A DNA stretch of 64,000 nt from Parasitella parasitica NRRL 2501 (lineage: Eukaryota > Fungi > Mucoromycota): the NCBI GenBank assembly GCA_025201805.1, contig MU619251.1, positions 186,001 to 250,000 on the forward strand, read 5' to 3'. Numbering within the stretch: the first letter of the stretch is position 1; each line of letters opens with the position of its first letter. This document shows positions 37,196 to 51,817 of the stretch, piece after piece. The notes beneath the pieces are model-generated. The model made no database searches and was not told the origin of the DNA. It saw only the letters and a program-made list of their open reading frames with translations. Position numbers and translations under genes: made by a program.

Positions 37196-39952
37196 ATGGC
37201 AGACTCAGAGAGCCCTTTTGGTTCTTCTGATTCTCTCAATAAAAAAAACGACATGAATTCAATTTCGCAGCACTGCCCATCGGCTATCAGGCAGTTGCAG
37301 CATTTGTCGCAATCTTCATCTTCTGTTGAACCTGCTGCAATTAATGACTCAAAGGAAGAACTTGATTCACTGGTAAATAACATGCAAACAGATATAGATC
37401 CGTCGTTTTAACTGTACAATCATATGAACAGTCAGTTACCGGAAAGTGCATGTGCTGTAACAGGTAATCGGTCTAAACCCTTCCGTGTTGGCTTCTCTTT
37501 TCCAACCAAATTGTTCCTTATAGTGAACTGAAATATCCTCATACAGTATCACGTTTTCGATGTCCTGTATGTGACACTATAAATGACCTGAAGCCTCACG
37601 TTCGACAACAACTTATGAACCAGCCTCTCACGCTTAAATTGCTAAAGAGATCAGTAAACGATTGCAAACTGAAGGAAAGAGCAAGACGAAAGACATCGAT
37701 GGTTGACGATAAAGAGAGGGAGAAAATATACGAGCCCATTGAAAAGCTTATAGAAACTGTATTTAGCAGTTGGGTTTGCTTGAACCATAGTTTTTCCAAT
37801 GTAAAGTGCCATATGCACAGTTGATTCGCTGTGGATGCCTACTGACTGACTAAATAGGGCCAAGAAACAAGCTTGGACGACAGTGGCATCAACATGAACG
37901 ACACAAGAGAGGCTTATCGCATAATACTAAACATGGTTTGTACAGTAGCAACTCGAGAAATAACATCACGAAACTAACAATAGCCGACAAGCCTGTCAAT
38001 GTCATCCGTTCCATGATGTCTGCCATCGATAGAATACTGAAAAGGCCTGCCGTCCCCCTACGCAGAATGGTGGATATTCGATTTTTGCTCATCATTTTGG
38101 AAAACCCGTTGTTGGCTCAGCACAACTTTCCGGCTGAAACAAAGTACCACCATAATTTGCTAAAGAGAGTTTTCGGGATCTTGAGCTGTCTCAATAACGA
38201 ATGTCATCACGGCCTGGTGAACTGGTTTTCAAGGTAGATTTTTTGATAGAGAAATCAAACTCTGCCATTAAATGTTAACTTAACTGTAGAATTCATTATC
38301 TGTAGTTATCCCTCGAGGAACTTTGAATCGAAGATCGACCTCATCCATGCATTCCTCAGCCATCGAATATCGAGAGCAAGACGAAGCCCTCTTGGCCTAC
38401 CAGCAGCTTACGAGGCAGATTGGAAAATCGCAAGCGCTTCCCGAGTCATGGCACTCTTATGTAAGTTGATTGTATGCCTTTGATGTACGTTTGCTCGTAT
38501 TCACCCCACCCCCACCCCCCCGTTGTAGTTGCTACCAATAATCAATCAAACAAGGTACACATTTCAGACTTTTATAATACGATGGCCGATTACATCAATT
38601 TGATGGGAGATTTCGAGTCCTGGCAATCACAATCTGGAAAATTTGCCTTTTGTCAATACCCATTTCTGATCAGTATGGGCTCCAAGATGAAGATTGTGGA
38701 ATCAGACGCAAAACAGCAAATGGAAACTAAATGGAGAGAGGCATTTTTCAACATGTTGTTTCACCAAAAAGCATCCAACCCTTACTTGGTGCTTTGCGTG
38801 TCTAGGGATAACCTTATCGACGATTCTCTGAGGCAGCTGGCACAGAATGAATTGGATTTGAAAAAGTCTCTGCGTATAGAGTTTGTTGGTGAGGAAGGTG
38901 TTGATGCTGGTGGGTTAAGAAAGGAATGGTTTTTATTGCTAGTGCGTTCACTGTTTGATCCGCAATACGGCATGTTTACTTTTGATGAGGATTCTAATCT
39001 GTGCTGGTTTAACCCTGCAAGCTTTGAAAACGAAGACCAGTTCTTTTTAGTCGGTGTCGTGTTGGGATTAGCGATTTACAATTCGACAATTTTAGACATT
39101 CACTTGCCTACAGCCTGTTACAAAAAATTACTCAATTTACCCACTGGTCTCTCTGACCTAAAAGCCTTTAGGCCAGCTTTGACAAAGGGGTTTGAGCAGC
39201 TGCTGGAATTCGAGGGGGATGTAGAGAATGTGTTTTGCAGATCCTTTGTAGCAGACATCGAAGTGTTTGGTCAGCGTCAATCTGTGCCTCTTGTACCCAA
39301 TGGCGATCAGCTGACAGTGACCCAGGCAAACAAAGACAAATTCGTTTCATTATATGCAGATTTCATCTTGAACAAGAGTGTGAAGCGACAGTTTGGAGCT
39401 TTCAAAAGAGGATTTTATCATGTTTGTGGAGGCAATGCTTTGTCGCTTTTCAGGCCAGAGGAAATTGAACTACTTGTGCGAGGCAGCGATGAACCCCTGG
39501 AAATCGATGATCTCAAAAGCCATACAGAGTATATCGGATTTGATGAGAATGAGGAAACCATTGTGTATGTCAAGATCAATAGAAGCACAAATGTAGAACT
39601 AATCTGTTTGCACTTACTTTAGCAACTTTTGGAGTATCATGAAGGCGATGGATGCCGAAAAACAGCGCAAATTACTCATGTTTGTTACTGGAAGCGACCG
39701 TATACCTGCAACTGGAGCAACCCAAATGCACCTGATGATTACATGCGGAAATAATGGGGACAGCGATAGGTAAGCTTTGCATCGAATGCAACGCATGCGC
39801 TTTGATTTATTAACGATCTACAATCGATAAGGCTACCATCTGCGCATACATGCTTTAATCAGTTAATTCTATACAAATATCACACCAAAGCAAAGCTTGA
39901 GAGAATGCTGTTAACGGCAATCGAAGAAAGCCAAGGCTTTTATGTAAAATAA
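37196..39952 (+). CDS. HECT E3 ubiquitin ligase (Hul4/HERC-like), multi-exon; 5' end uncertain
   Basis: CMCC...[11 protein letters not shown] Zn motif, [32 protein letters not shown], catalytic [12 protein letters not shown]. Apparent frame break at ~37409. Confidence 0.88.
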
Positions 39953-40971
39953 AGATATACCATTCCACAATGTAGCGTTACTTGCTTTTTGCTTCAAACA
40001 TGAGCACTGGATAGTCTTGAAGTAGTTATTTATATCAGCTTCTCTTATGAAGAGCTTGAAATTATCACAGATTGAGAGACTTGGGGCTATGAATGTTTAA
40101 CGCACTTGACGAGTGCAAACAAATTGATATAACATTATAGGAAAACTGAAACATAGGATCAGTTTATATTTCAGTTGGTTCGCACATCTGCTCGTAAAGG
40201 ACCAAACTAACTGACGCTATATGTCTATAGTCTGATCAGGGATACAATGTCAGCATTACTTGTTTTGAATAATAGCAGGACTACATTCGTTAAAAAAAAA
40301 AAAACTGGCTACCTCAATCATTGCTGCCATATAATCAATGCTGTGGTAATATCGGATTCAGTTTGAGTAGGAACTGCAAAAAAACCCCCCTCTCAAAGAC
40401 TACCAATAAATAGATTTTCGTTGAACTTTATAACGTTCGTATTTATATGGGACAGGACGCATGCAAATAGAGTCAATGATTCAAAAGCTTTTCGTCCTCA
40501 ACCTTCCTCTGCTAGCATCTCAGCTCCACAAGATGCAATGATAGGTCATGCCAGACAAAACAAAAATATCGATATCGCAGCTACTTATCTTCCCCTAACA
40601 AATGTTATAATGTGGACATTAAAAAGAAAAAGAACGATGCAGCATGATGCGTCTAAAATGCATGAAAGAGAAGCATATAAAACTTCAGCATAGTGTTTCG
40701 ATAATGTGTGGATTAAATAAAAAAAATTAGGCGGGGAAATCAATGAGATGGTTATACAACATCCTACAACATCATTGTACTTTTCATATGTTGTGAAGAA
40801 ATACACACTTGGGCCACGTTAGTATATGAATCGAACACAGCGATCGTTTTGATCTATGAAATGATTCAAATGCTGAATTAGTGAATTGATTTCGATGAAG
40901 CTATCGATTTATCAATTGATCTTGTATGATGCTCTTATCTTTTGATCTAAATTCGCTAGACAAAAAAGATG

Positions 40972-41017
<46 letters not shown>

Positions 41018-41392
41018 AATGCGTGAATGTGAGCAACCCAAGAGACATCAACATGTCAAATGTCTTTATACAAATATGGTATCGCTTACGCATAGGAGCA
41101 GTTGCTTCCTTACATTTTTGCTTTGATCAAGATGATTAGAGCCAGAGTCACACAATCATCCCACCTTGACGAGGTTCGTTAAGATAGACCAAAAGATTCA
41201 TACAGATAATGAAAAATAGGAAAAACCCATGTGGACTTTTGATTATGAGTCTGAAAAAAAAAAAAAAAAAAGGGTTTCAGTTCAACATATAAAACCACCG
41301 GTTAAACCGATTTGGTATGCTTGAAAACCTCTTTTTTTCTTTTCAGCTTTGTATTCAACAACTACAACACCAAGGAGAAAATAACTTTTGCA

Positions 41393-44373
41393 ATGCTTTC
41401 TCAAGGACTTTCGTACGTTATTTTCAATGCATCCAGTTGCGACGATTTCAAAAAGACCCTCAAATTCTACCAAACTTTTGGCTTCAAGACGGTTGCCGAC
41501 AAGTCTCACGAATCCCAATCTGAAGAAAGGACCGCATGGTTGAAATTAGATTCTGCTGATGCATGTGCCTCTGAAATCACCATCAAGCTCGTCTTGAACG
41601 CTTCTGCCGTTGCTCAACGCAAACCTGCTTCCGATGTTGATTGGGCACTAGAAGAGAACGCTGTTGTTTTGGCCGTCAAAGATTTAGATGTAAGACTTGA
41701 TAGAGATTGTTTTATCGATAAGAAACACAGTTTCATTGACAGAATTTGACGTTTGTGATAGGCTGTCAAGTCAAAATTAGCGGAGCTTAGCGTCACAGTA
41801 CAAGATCATACCTCTGATGACAATGTCAAACTCTATGTTTTGGACCCTCTCAACAATATTGTTGTTTTCTCAAACAAGCCGGCCACCAACTGCTGTCCCA
41901 AGGCGACCAGCGCTGCGGCTGCTGTCGAAGCTGCTGCTTCTGGTAGCAAGCGCCAAAAGATTGCTGTCCTCACTTCTGGCGGTGATGCTCCCGGTATGAA
42001 TGCCGTTGTTCGCGCTACTGTCCGCTATGGTATTGCCAAAGGATGTGATATCTTTGGCGTTTATGAAGGTTATCAAGGTACGTCTTTCAAAGCAATTTTT
42101 TTTTTTTTGCTCATCCTTGAGAATCGCATGCCAAATGTATGAATGTAGGTCTCATTGATGGCGGCGAGCGTTTAAAGAAAATGGAATGGAAGAATGTTCG
42201 CGGATGGTTAGCTGTGGTAAGTAATCTACAGTATGTACATACAACGTGAGATGTCTAACTCCTGGTTTTCACATAGGGTGGTACTACTATTGGTACAGCT
42301 CGCTGCATGGGGTTTAAGACACGCGAAGGCCGTCTTCAAGCTGCCGAAAACCTCGTCAAGAACGGTATTGATGCTCTGATTGTTTGCGGTGGCGATGGTT
42401 CTTTGACTGGTGCCGACCTTTTCCGTGCTGACTGGCCTGGATTAGTCGATGAGCTCAAGAACACAGGTCGCATCTCTCAAGAACAAGCTGATGCTTACCA
42501 TGTTTTGACCATTGTTGGTCTTGTCGGCTCCATTGACAACGACATGTCTTCCACTGATATTACTATTGGCGCTGTCACTTCTCTTCACCGTATCTGTGAG
42601 TCGGTTGACTCAGTCTCTACTACTGCCTTGTCTCACTCCCGAGCTTTTGTCATCGAGGTTATGGGCCGTCATTGTGGCTGGTTGGCTCTTATGGCTGGTA
42701 TTGCTACTGGTGCTGATTTCGTGTTCATTCCCGAGAAGCCCCCTCAAGAGGACGACTGGGAGACCACCATGTGCTCTGTCGTCGAGAGACATCGTCATTT
42801 GGGGAAGAGAAAGACGGTTCTCATTGTCGCTGAGGGTGCTATTGACAAGAATCTGAACCCCATCAAAGCTGACCATCTCAAGGACATCTTGACTAACCGT
42901 CTTGGCCTTGATACGCGTGTCACCATCTTGGGCCATACCCAGCGTGGTGGAGCTCCTGCTTACTTTGACCGTCTTTTGGCAACGACTCAATCTATTGAAG
43001 CTGTCAATGCCGTTCTTGAATCCACCCCTGATACTCCCTCTCCTATGATTGGCATGACAGACAACAAGATCACTCGCTTCCCTCTTATGAAGGCTGTCGC
43101 TCTCACTCATGAAGTCGCCGAAGCTATTGGAGAAAAGAACTTTGCTCGCGCCATGGAGCTTCGTGATCCCCAGTTTGCTGAAGAGTACGATGCTTATAAC
43201 GCCACCACCATTTTGGATGACAGCACTATTGCTTTGCCCAAGCACCAACAACTTCGTGTTGGCATTGTTCACGTTGGCGCCCCTGCTGGCGGTATGAACG
43301 CTGCTACACGTACCGCTGTTCGCTATTGTCTTAACCGCGGCCATACTCCCATTGCTATCAGCAACGGTTTCGCTGGCCTTGCTCGCGGTGTTATCACCGA
43401 AATGACCTGGATGTCTGTTGATGGATGGACAGCCCTTGGTGGCTCTGAATTAGGGACCAACCGTGCTGTTCCTGGCCAAGATGTTGATATGGGCTTGGTT
43501 GCTTATCAAATGCAAAAGCAAAACATCCAGTCTCTGTTGGTCATTGGTGGTTTCGAAGCCTATGTTGCCATTGAAAAGCTTGGGGAAGCTCGCGAGAAAT
43601 ACCCCTCTCTTCGTGTCCCCATTACTCTCATCCCTGCCACAATCTCCAACAATGTCCCCGGTACTGATTATTCTCTTGGTTCTGATACCTCTCTCAATGC
43701 CATTGTCAACTCTTGCGACGCCATTGTTCAATCTGCTCAATCTTCTCGTCGTCGTGTCTTTGTTGTTGAGGTCATGGGTGGCCGTTCTGGCTACTTGGCT
43801 GTTGAGGGTGGTCTTGCTGTTGGTGCAATGACCGTGTACATTCCAGAGGAAGGCATTAATCTGTCTCGTCTCCAATCCGATGTTCAACACTTGAGAAACA
43901 TGTACGCTCACGATGACTCTGACAAGAGCGAAGGTAGAATCATCTTGCGTACTGAAGATGTTTCCAAGACCTATACTACCGATGTCATCTCCAACATTCT
44001 CAAGGAAGAAGGTGACGAGATGTTTGATTCCCGCACTGCCGTCTTGGGCCATATTCAACAAGGCATTACTCCTTCTCCTCTTGATCGTATCCGTGCCACC
44101 CGTCTTGCTATGCGCGCCATTAAGTTTATGGAAGAACACACCACTGAAGCTCTTTGCACGGCATATGAGTCTGGCTCTCCTACCCCCATTGAGCTCACCA
44201 ATTCCAAGGAATCTGTCGCTGTTGCTGGCATCTCTGGTCATTCTGTCATCTTTGAGCCTGTCTGTGCTCTCTTGGCTGTTACTGATATGAAGAACCGTAA
44301 ACCTCGTACTGCTTGGTGGTCTGAACATAGACCTATCATCGACCTTTTAGCTGGTCGCGGTCATTTTGACTAG
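41393..44373 (+). CDS. PFK: ATP-dependent 6-phosphofructokinase (fungal type with N-terminal glyoxalase-like domain)
   Basis: [37 protein letters not shown]. Duplicated regulatory half with GAPAGGMN and [10 protein letters not shown]. Strong codon bias typical of highly expressed genes. Confidence 0.97.
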
Positions 44374-45867
44374 ATTTATTAATAACCATCGACATTTTGT
44401 AAACATTTATCTTTATTATTCCGTACAAAAAACCCACATCCTTTCTTTAACATTTCATATAGAAGCATATAAAAAAGCACAAGATATTTTTTTCCCGCAT
44501 AGTTAATTAATAAATATCAAGCATTCAGTTTGTAATAAGTTTGATGCCCTAATTTTAATGCCAATATGGCTGATCAAGGTAGCTAAATGACTGAAACATT
44601 ATACACTTTTGAATATTCACGTAAAAGTTTACTGGTTTAACTGTGCTCCGTATGATGTGCCAGATCATTTGTTTACTCACAAACTACCTCAGTTTGGTTA
44701 TCGATTAGTCAAACCTTAAGTCTTGTACAACACTCGAAGACTAGAACCAACTACTTGAACCTAATACTTCTCTCTGGACAGAAACGTATAAAAATTTGTT
44801 AATCCTATATGAGTTACTATTAGCTTTCAAAGAAAGATTCATAAACTCTATTGCAGAGAATCTATCAGTAAATTGGAACGGATCGCCTTGCTAACTATAG
44901 GCCTCAGAATGTTTGGAGTTATGAGGTCATTGAAGTAACATGTTATTTTGGTGCTACTTGTTGTACAAGTATACAAGTAATTCTTTGGATTTGTATCTCT
45001 ATCTCCTCTTCAAACCGTCAACTATATAATTATATTAATAAATGCATTTTCATCGTTTATTAAAATGTTGGACCAAGTCTGTGGATTTGTCATGCCAGAG
45101 TATTCGACATGTTAAATATGAAAGATCAAAAACCTGCAATCGGTAAATTTTAAACTTGGAAAGGCAAGTATACAAGAATGACAAAACAAAAAATAAAATC
45201 ATGCTCCCTCCAGACCATTATATCTGATACAAATAAATTGCAACTAGGTTGCTTCAGATCGTTATGCCATGTTAAGCTGTGTAGGACAATCTTATTTATA
45301 ACGTACCTCGTTTTTCCTTGATAATTTTCATTTTGATTTGAAGGCGGCCTATATCTAACTAAATCAAGTATAGGGCTCATTGTGTGTTAAAATTATAAAG
45401 TACTTTTTGTTGCCTATTTTTAACTTTTCTGAAATCAGCTTTATTAAATATATGTGAGAAATAGCTTGAAGATAAAGAGTCTTTGATTTTAGATAGGAAA
45501 CGACGAAATTGAGTTCAACATGTGAATTTCACTATTAAATGCCTTTTAGCTTTAACCAAGCACTGGCGAAATAAATTAATCATTCAGTTGTTTGTGCCAT
45601 GGTTGCAACCCATTTATTTTTGAATTTCAAAATTACACTTGACAATTAGACTTACCGAACATGGTATGAAGGAAATTTGTGATCTACAACTGGGTAGATT
45701 TTACCCTTTTTTATGCCAATTAATAAACCCAACAAGTCAGGTACACAAGACTATTTAGAGTTAGATGCCTTGAACTCAGCACAGAAAAGAAAGACATTTG
45801 ATTGATACTCTGTCAGTTTACCCATTTTACTTCCCTCTTTTCTTCCTTTTCCCACTCTACTTTCCAA

Positions 45868-47495
45868 ATGAGTTCACCGCCTAGTGAACTAGAGACTCTG
45901 TCTAGAGTCTGTGTGAACGGAATTTGTCATTGTGATTGGCGCCTCACTTTGCAAGATTGTGTCGAAAGCAGAGCAATGACGATCATTCATGGAATCAATA
46001 TTGGATTATCTGGCATCTCGATCGCCACTGGTGTTATTCTTTTAATACATAGAGTGGTGGCTAAAGGTCATAGATTAGTCGATATAAATATATCTAAAGG
46101 CTGTTTCCGCCCAAAGCCTATTGACTGCATGTTGCTGTTTATCATCGTGTTCAATTTATGTAAGTTTTGTCTACAACAAATACTACTAGGCAGTAAGTTT
46201 AGTTCATCCCTATATTGTCTTTAGTGAGATTAATATCGAGCTCGGTGCTTATTGCAGATATTTGCCCAGATATGATTTCTCGTTCATGTAGGTTGATTCA
46301 TGTCGTACACTTTTCATATACTTATTCTGTCATGTCGCATGTTGCAGTTTTATTCGAATTTCCATGGCAGTTTGGATTTGGCGCATTCGCACTGTATTTA
46401 ATTGGCATTGCGAAAACTCTGGCAGATGTAAGTGCAGGCGGTTGCGAGATTTATTGGCAGCTATTCTTACTGATATTGTCTGTCTAGAGCCATAGAGTTA
46501 TTGCCAATAGTTGGCTACCTTCGCCTCGCCTAGTGGATTTAATTGGTGGCACAATCTTTCTGGCACCATTCATTATTAACAATATCATGTCTCTGGCTGC
46601 GGGAATCTTGGCTGAAAGAAACCTGCGCCTAGCTCAATTATTCACAAGACTACTCTACATGTTTTGGTTTATCCATTGTTTCAGTCTCGCCGTTGCCGTA
46701 TTTTTCTCAGGATATAGATTGGTCCGAATCTTGGGTGCTCATTTAACAAAGTTCAAGACTACTGGCCCTCGTTATGTATCTGTCCAGACTGGTATTTTTA
46801 AAATTCGGGCTGTAATGAGCATTATTATCACCTGCCTAATGATGTTTGCTATATTTTTGCTGATCTTTGGCATTTTGCGTGAGATTATTATTGTCAACAT
46901 GGTAGGCTCAGTTGTTTTGGGTGCCATATGGAACTTCCTGGGCGCTTTTGCCACCTTATGTGTTGAGATTGCCATTGTCTTCAACCCCAAAGTAGAGGAT
47001 GGGTCTTCCCTTGGATTAAAATCATCCAGTGCTGAAAGATCAACTAGTCAAATTGGCCAGTGTGTCACTTATACCAACTTTTCGGCTCAAGAATACTCTG
47101 TAACCAGCAGCAATCAAAATAATAATGGTACTCAAGGGGCTCTTGGTCACAATGCTTTTGATGAATTGAAACTGCAACAACTCCAATACCAAAATTTGTT
47201 TCATAAACACAATAACCACCAGCTGCCTCATAATTCCCCTAATGCCCAAGGTAATAAAAGTCAGCTACAGCAAGTTTCTGACCTGGCAACTCCTGAAGCA
47301 AGAGAAATCAAAATGTCATCTGCTGGTATTCCATCAGAAGATACACAATACTATACCAAACATAACGAATCTAATACAGAAAAGCGCCCTTTTCAATTTT
47401 TTCATCATCAATGTCACCATCTTGATGATGAAAATATCATGGATGATGGTGAAACCTCTCAAATGAATTTAGTAGACTATGCTTCACGCCATTAA
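45868..47495 (+). CDS. Multi-pass (about 7 TM) membrane protein, GPCR-like topology
   Basis: N-terminal Cys motif CVNGICHCDWR, several hydrophobic segments over 4 exons and a polar C-terminal tail. Confidence 0.7.
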
Positions 47496-48870
47496 GCCTC
47501 ATATATTTCTTGTACATTATACTTTTTTTTTTATCCTATTTCTATTCCTTATTATATCTCTTTATTTGTATAAATTTTATGTTGACTTCTTGCAGTATAA
47601 TAAACAGAAGTGTGCCTCAGGGCTTAGTGTTGAAGTCTTGTACTAAATCAAGAATTTTATTTATTGATATTTACAAAAGTGAATAATAATGGTAGTGACA
47701 GCTGTGAGGATTCCCGATACCGAGTTACGCATTATTTTTTTTACATTGGATCAATTTCGGCCACTTTGGCACACTGCTCATAAGTGCGTCATGACCTCTA
47801 ATTCGCAGGTTGTGAGGGTTTACGTACTGACGAAAGAAGACAAAAGTAGCTCAAAATTCAAATCATAAGTTTACTGTCTTATAGAGTGTCGTATATAAGC
47901 ACAGTTTAACATACTTTAAATTATTATAACATGCGTTGATTTGGGGGAGGGAGGGAGAGGTTTACTTTAATAATGTTGTAGCCGGTCTTGAAAAGAGCAC
48001 AACAGATGATAGTATAGGATCAAAATGGAAAGGTAATCAATGTACCAGATACAAAACTAATAATTTTGTTGATGATTGAGAAGAATTTGTTTATTTATAA
48101 TGTCTAAATGTTTATCAATCTATAGATACAATCATTGAATTGTCAAATAAGATTATAGTACAGTATTTGTCAGAGCAAGGGACATATTTATGTGCGATCA
48201 GCTAGTTATTATGAATGTGAATCATTCATCTATAAGTTTAGCTTCGCAATTTAGACCAAGTAGAGTAGAATCCAAATAGATGGTTTCTTATACAATGCAT
48301 TCCATGATTACTTTATTTAACCTTAGATCCGATCAGATACGGTTGAAAAAGTGGTAACCGTAGTTTTCTATAGTATCTAATAATGCTACTAAGACCTACT
48401 AAAAGAGCCATATTCATAATTCAGAAGAAACATCAGATGTGGTTGAATGAAAAGATCGAAATAACGAATTAAGTTGCGATCTTGATAGACAAAGTTGATA
48501 AAAGATATAACTTTGATCAATACAGGTGACCGTTTCATCTTCAAGCAGTGTGTTTCCAAGATTTACTGTCATTTTGCAGTATCAGAAAAGAAAAGAAGTT
48601 CAAGTAAATGATAAAGGTCATGGTAATTGTGATATTACATGTTAGGGTTTCTATAAAAAAATCTTTTATTTCTGATAAAAGCCGAGAATTTTCTGAGAGA
48701 AAAGAGTAACTGCTTTAATTTGTCTCATCGGTGGTGAAAATATTGAGAAAATGTGTTGTAAAATAAGCTATCTACATTATATCTATAAGTTCAAGGTAGT
48801 CTTTAATATTTTTTACGGTTGTCTATTGACAAACATCCGTGATTCTGGGTGAATGTGCACCTGTTGACTT

Positions 48871-48940
48871 TTTGGATCAAAAGCCTCTAATTGGATTCAG
48901 GAACGAAGAGCAAGGTTGAAGATAAAACACATTTATATCC
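48871..48940 (-). pseudogene. Short Tc1/IS630 transposase relic
   Basis: The minus strand, with one 1-nt correction, reads GYKCVYLQPCSSFLNPIRGF*SK, a degenerate version of YLPPYSPFLNPIEEFWSK. Confidence 0.6.
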
Positions 48941-51279
48941 TGGTGGCAGATTGTTTCCTTTTCTCTGACATTTTCTTATACCTTCAGTTGATCTGGCGTC
49001 TGATAGTGTAGAAGGTCTCGTCAGACAGGTAAAAAAACTGGGTTCTGTATATCAAAATGGTTCAAAAGTGTCTTTGCAAGGCCAGATACGTAGATTTTAG
49101 GCGCCGATTTTTTTATTTTCGGTTCTACGCGGACTTCAATGTATTGTTGTCAGAAAAAAGACAAAAACTGTAAGAAAATAATGTCTAGTGATTTCAAAAA
49201 CGAAAAAAAAAAAGAAATGTAAAGTAATGCATTAGACTATAAGGCATCTTTTGATAACATATTTGCATAGATTAGAGCAACTTTTTGTAATGTTTAAGTT
49301 GACATCAGATGAAGGAAGCTACTTTTCTGACTTTTTTCGGAAAAGTATTTTTCAAAATCGGAGCGTGTGGTCGTCAGGTCAGGTACAGACATGCAAGTAC
49401 TACCATTAGAAATCCAAGAAGCACAAAAATTAAATAAAATAGGCTGCAATAGTTTTTCTTTTTAATTGGGTAAGCTATGGCTTCTCAAAGCTAATACTTT
49501 CTTCAAAAAAAAACATCATTTTTCTCTAATAGCGGCGATTAAACGCGTTCAAAATCAGGAAGGACAAATTCTTTCAGAAACTCCATTTGTACAATTAGAA
49601 AACAAAATTACTTCTTTAAGGCAAGATATCATCCCCCGATACTATGCCTACCTCGGCTGTTAATCTATGATAATAGCTGTATTTTTGGACGCTCTACACG
49701 ATGGTATTTTTTCATAATTCTCATATACTCATGGAAGGAATTATGTCGAGAAAACCTCAAAACAGATTAAGAGGGAAAAGTCAATATTTTGCTTAATCAG
49801 AGCGCATTTCCAGTCTCTCAGATCAAGGAATGACCTTTTACGATCATTTTCCTCTAATATATGCTATAGTAAAAAGTTGCATTTTTGGGGTCAAAATCGA
49901 GAATAATGCATAATCGTTGATTTTGCATGTGTGGATACAAGGAAAAAATTGAAAAAATCCGTCATTTTGCATCGAAAAAAAAATCATGCTCAAATTGCTC
50001 CAAAATCATATATATTATAGTTTTTTCCCGATGGATACTATTTCTGGTGTTTTCAGGGCACTTTGATTATGAAAATTAATCAAAAAATGATTAATGAAGC
50101 TAAAGTTCTTGCTTTTAAGCTGTGAAAATATCTTTCTAGAGACGACATCATGTCAGTTTCAATTTTAGTACATGACAAAGCCCTATAAAGTAAGTAATTT
50201 TGATGCCACAAGTCTACTTTTCTTCATAGTAATATGATATACAGGTGCGGCTCATCGGGTTGGACGCAGAAGAAGATGATTAATGAATTAATTTGCTAAT
50301 TGCTGGTGACAGAGAAGTCCTATTACCATTGTTGCTTATAATAATGCTTAATGTCAGCTCAAGGGTTCCTTTTTTATGATTCTAATGCTAAGCGAGTAAA
50401 ATAAAAAGTAAAGTAGAGGTTAGGATTAAGATTGAGGGTAATTTTACTAACAAAATTTAAGCTTCATAATAGGCTTCTGGTAAAATCCAAATTCCAGGCA
50501 AAGTACTGTAGAGTATCAAATTCTGAATAGGGGAAAACTTGCTATACCAAACACATTTTGTATATCAACCCATTCTTTATAACGAGTACCGCCTGTATAT
50601 TCTTTCTTTAATATTGGATACGCTGACTTAACTTAACAGATCTAACATAAAATGGTAATGTGAAGTTATATTATCATTTGCTTGAATATGCTATGAATTT
50701 TGAAAAGAGATAATTAAAGAAGAAAACAAAATGAAATGGTTGGTTTAAACGTAGATTCAGGGATAACTGCCATTTTATAAATGCATAATTTGACAGATAA
50801 GTTCAACTTAAAGCCTTACTAGTATATGCACTTTGTAGTTTAATACTTTGATAGCTTTGTAATTTAGTTTAAATACCTTTGCAGCTCTATAGACTTATTT
50901 AAATATGAGCTTATTCAGACATTTGATATCTAACAGATATATCTGAGATAATTTATCAACATTTAAACATTATGAAGTTCAAACAATTTTGTGGCCCAAA
51001 AACCCAAATAGTCGTTTATTTAAAAGTACTATTGCTCCCTGCACAATGGCTGCTTGATCAAAAATAAATAATTAGAACGTCGCAATTTCGCATATCGTAA
51101 TAAAAATGTTTTCTATTCTTGGGCATTGTATTCAATGCTTCTTGTCCCTAATTGAAATGCTCTTAGGGAGATCTTTCTTTTCTCTCAGAAACTTTTCAGT
51201 GTTTATCAGAAATAATAGATTTGTTATCAGAAACCTTAATGTATATTATCATAAACACCGTGACATTTATCATCAATTG

Positions 51280-51310
<31 letters not shown>

Positions 51311-51817
51311 TNNNNNNNNNNAAAACCATAAAAAGACTGCGAGTGTTCTGCATCGTTACTGGTATTAGGCCTCACTTTGATTGCCTTATTTGTTGTCGTT
51401 TGCTTGCTTGGTGTGTCGTATTTACGCTAATGGTCGATTTATATAATCACAATCCGACACAAATAATTCAGTGCTGTGGTGTTAAGGACTCAGCATCTCA
51501 TCTGATCTATTAAGCTACAGCTATCTAACATCACCACTTATAAAAGAAACATATAAGCTCAACTCACCTTCCGCTCATGAGATGTGTAATAAAACATCAA
51601 ACACCAGATCTATAAACCATGCCAATACGGGACACATCTTTAAATGGACATAAAATAAGCAAAAAAGTATAAATAGTTAAACATATTAGAACCAGATTTG
51701 AATATCTTGTCCTGTATTCATAAACTAATAAATCGTCTCTAGTCTCGAATACTTCTCAAGGTCCTTTTATTGATATACGAATACTACATGATTCAACAGA
51801 TATCGGATATCGGACTG

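Noticed and set aside
42610-44328. Long antisense ORFs (244 and 292 aa) opposite PFK
   Set aside because: Expected shadow of strong codon bias in a highly expressed gene; no motifs.
16442-44373. Metabolic gene cluster (gluconokinase, COQ6, carrier, PFK)
   Set aside because: The genes are unrelated in pathway, widely spaced and interspersed with housekeeping genes.
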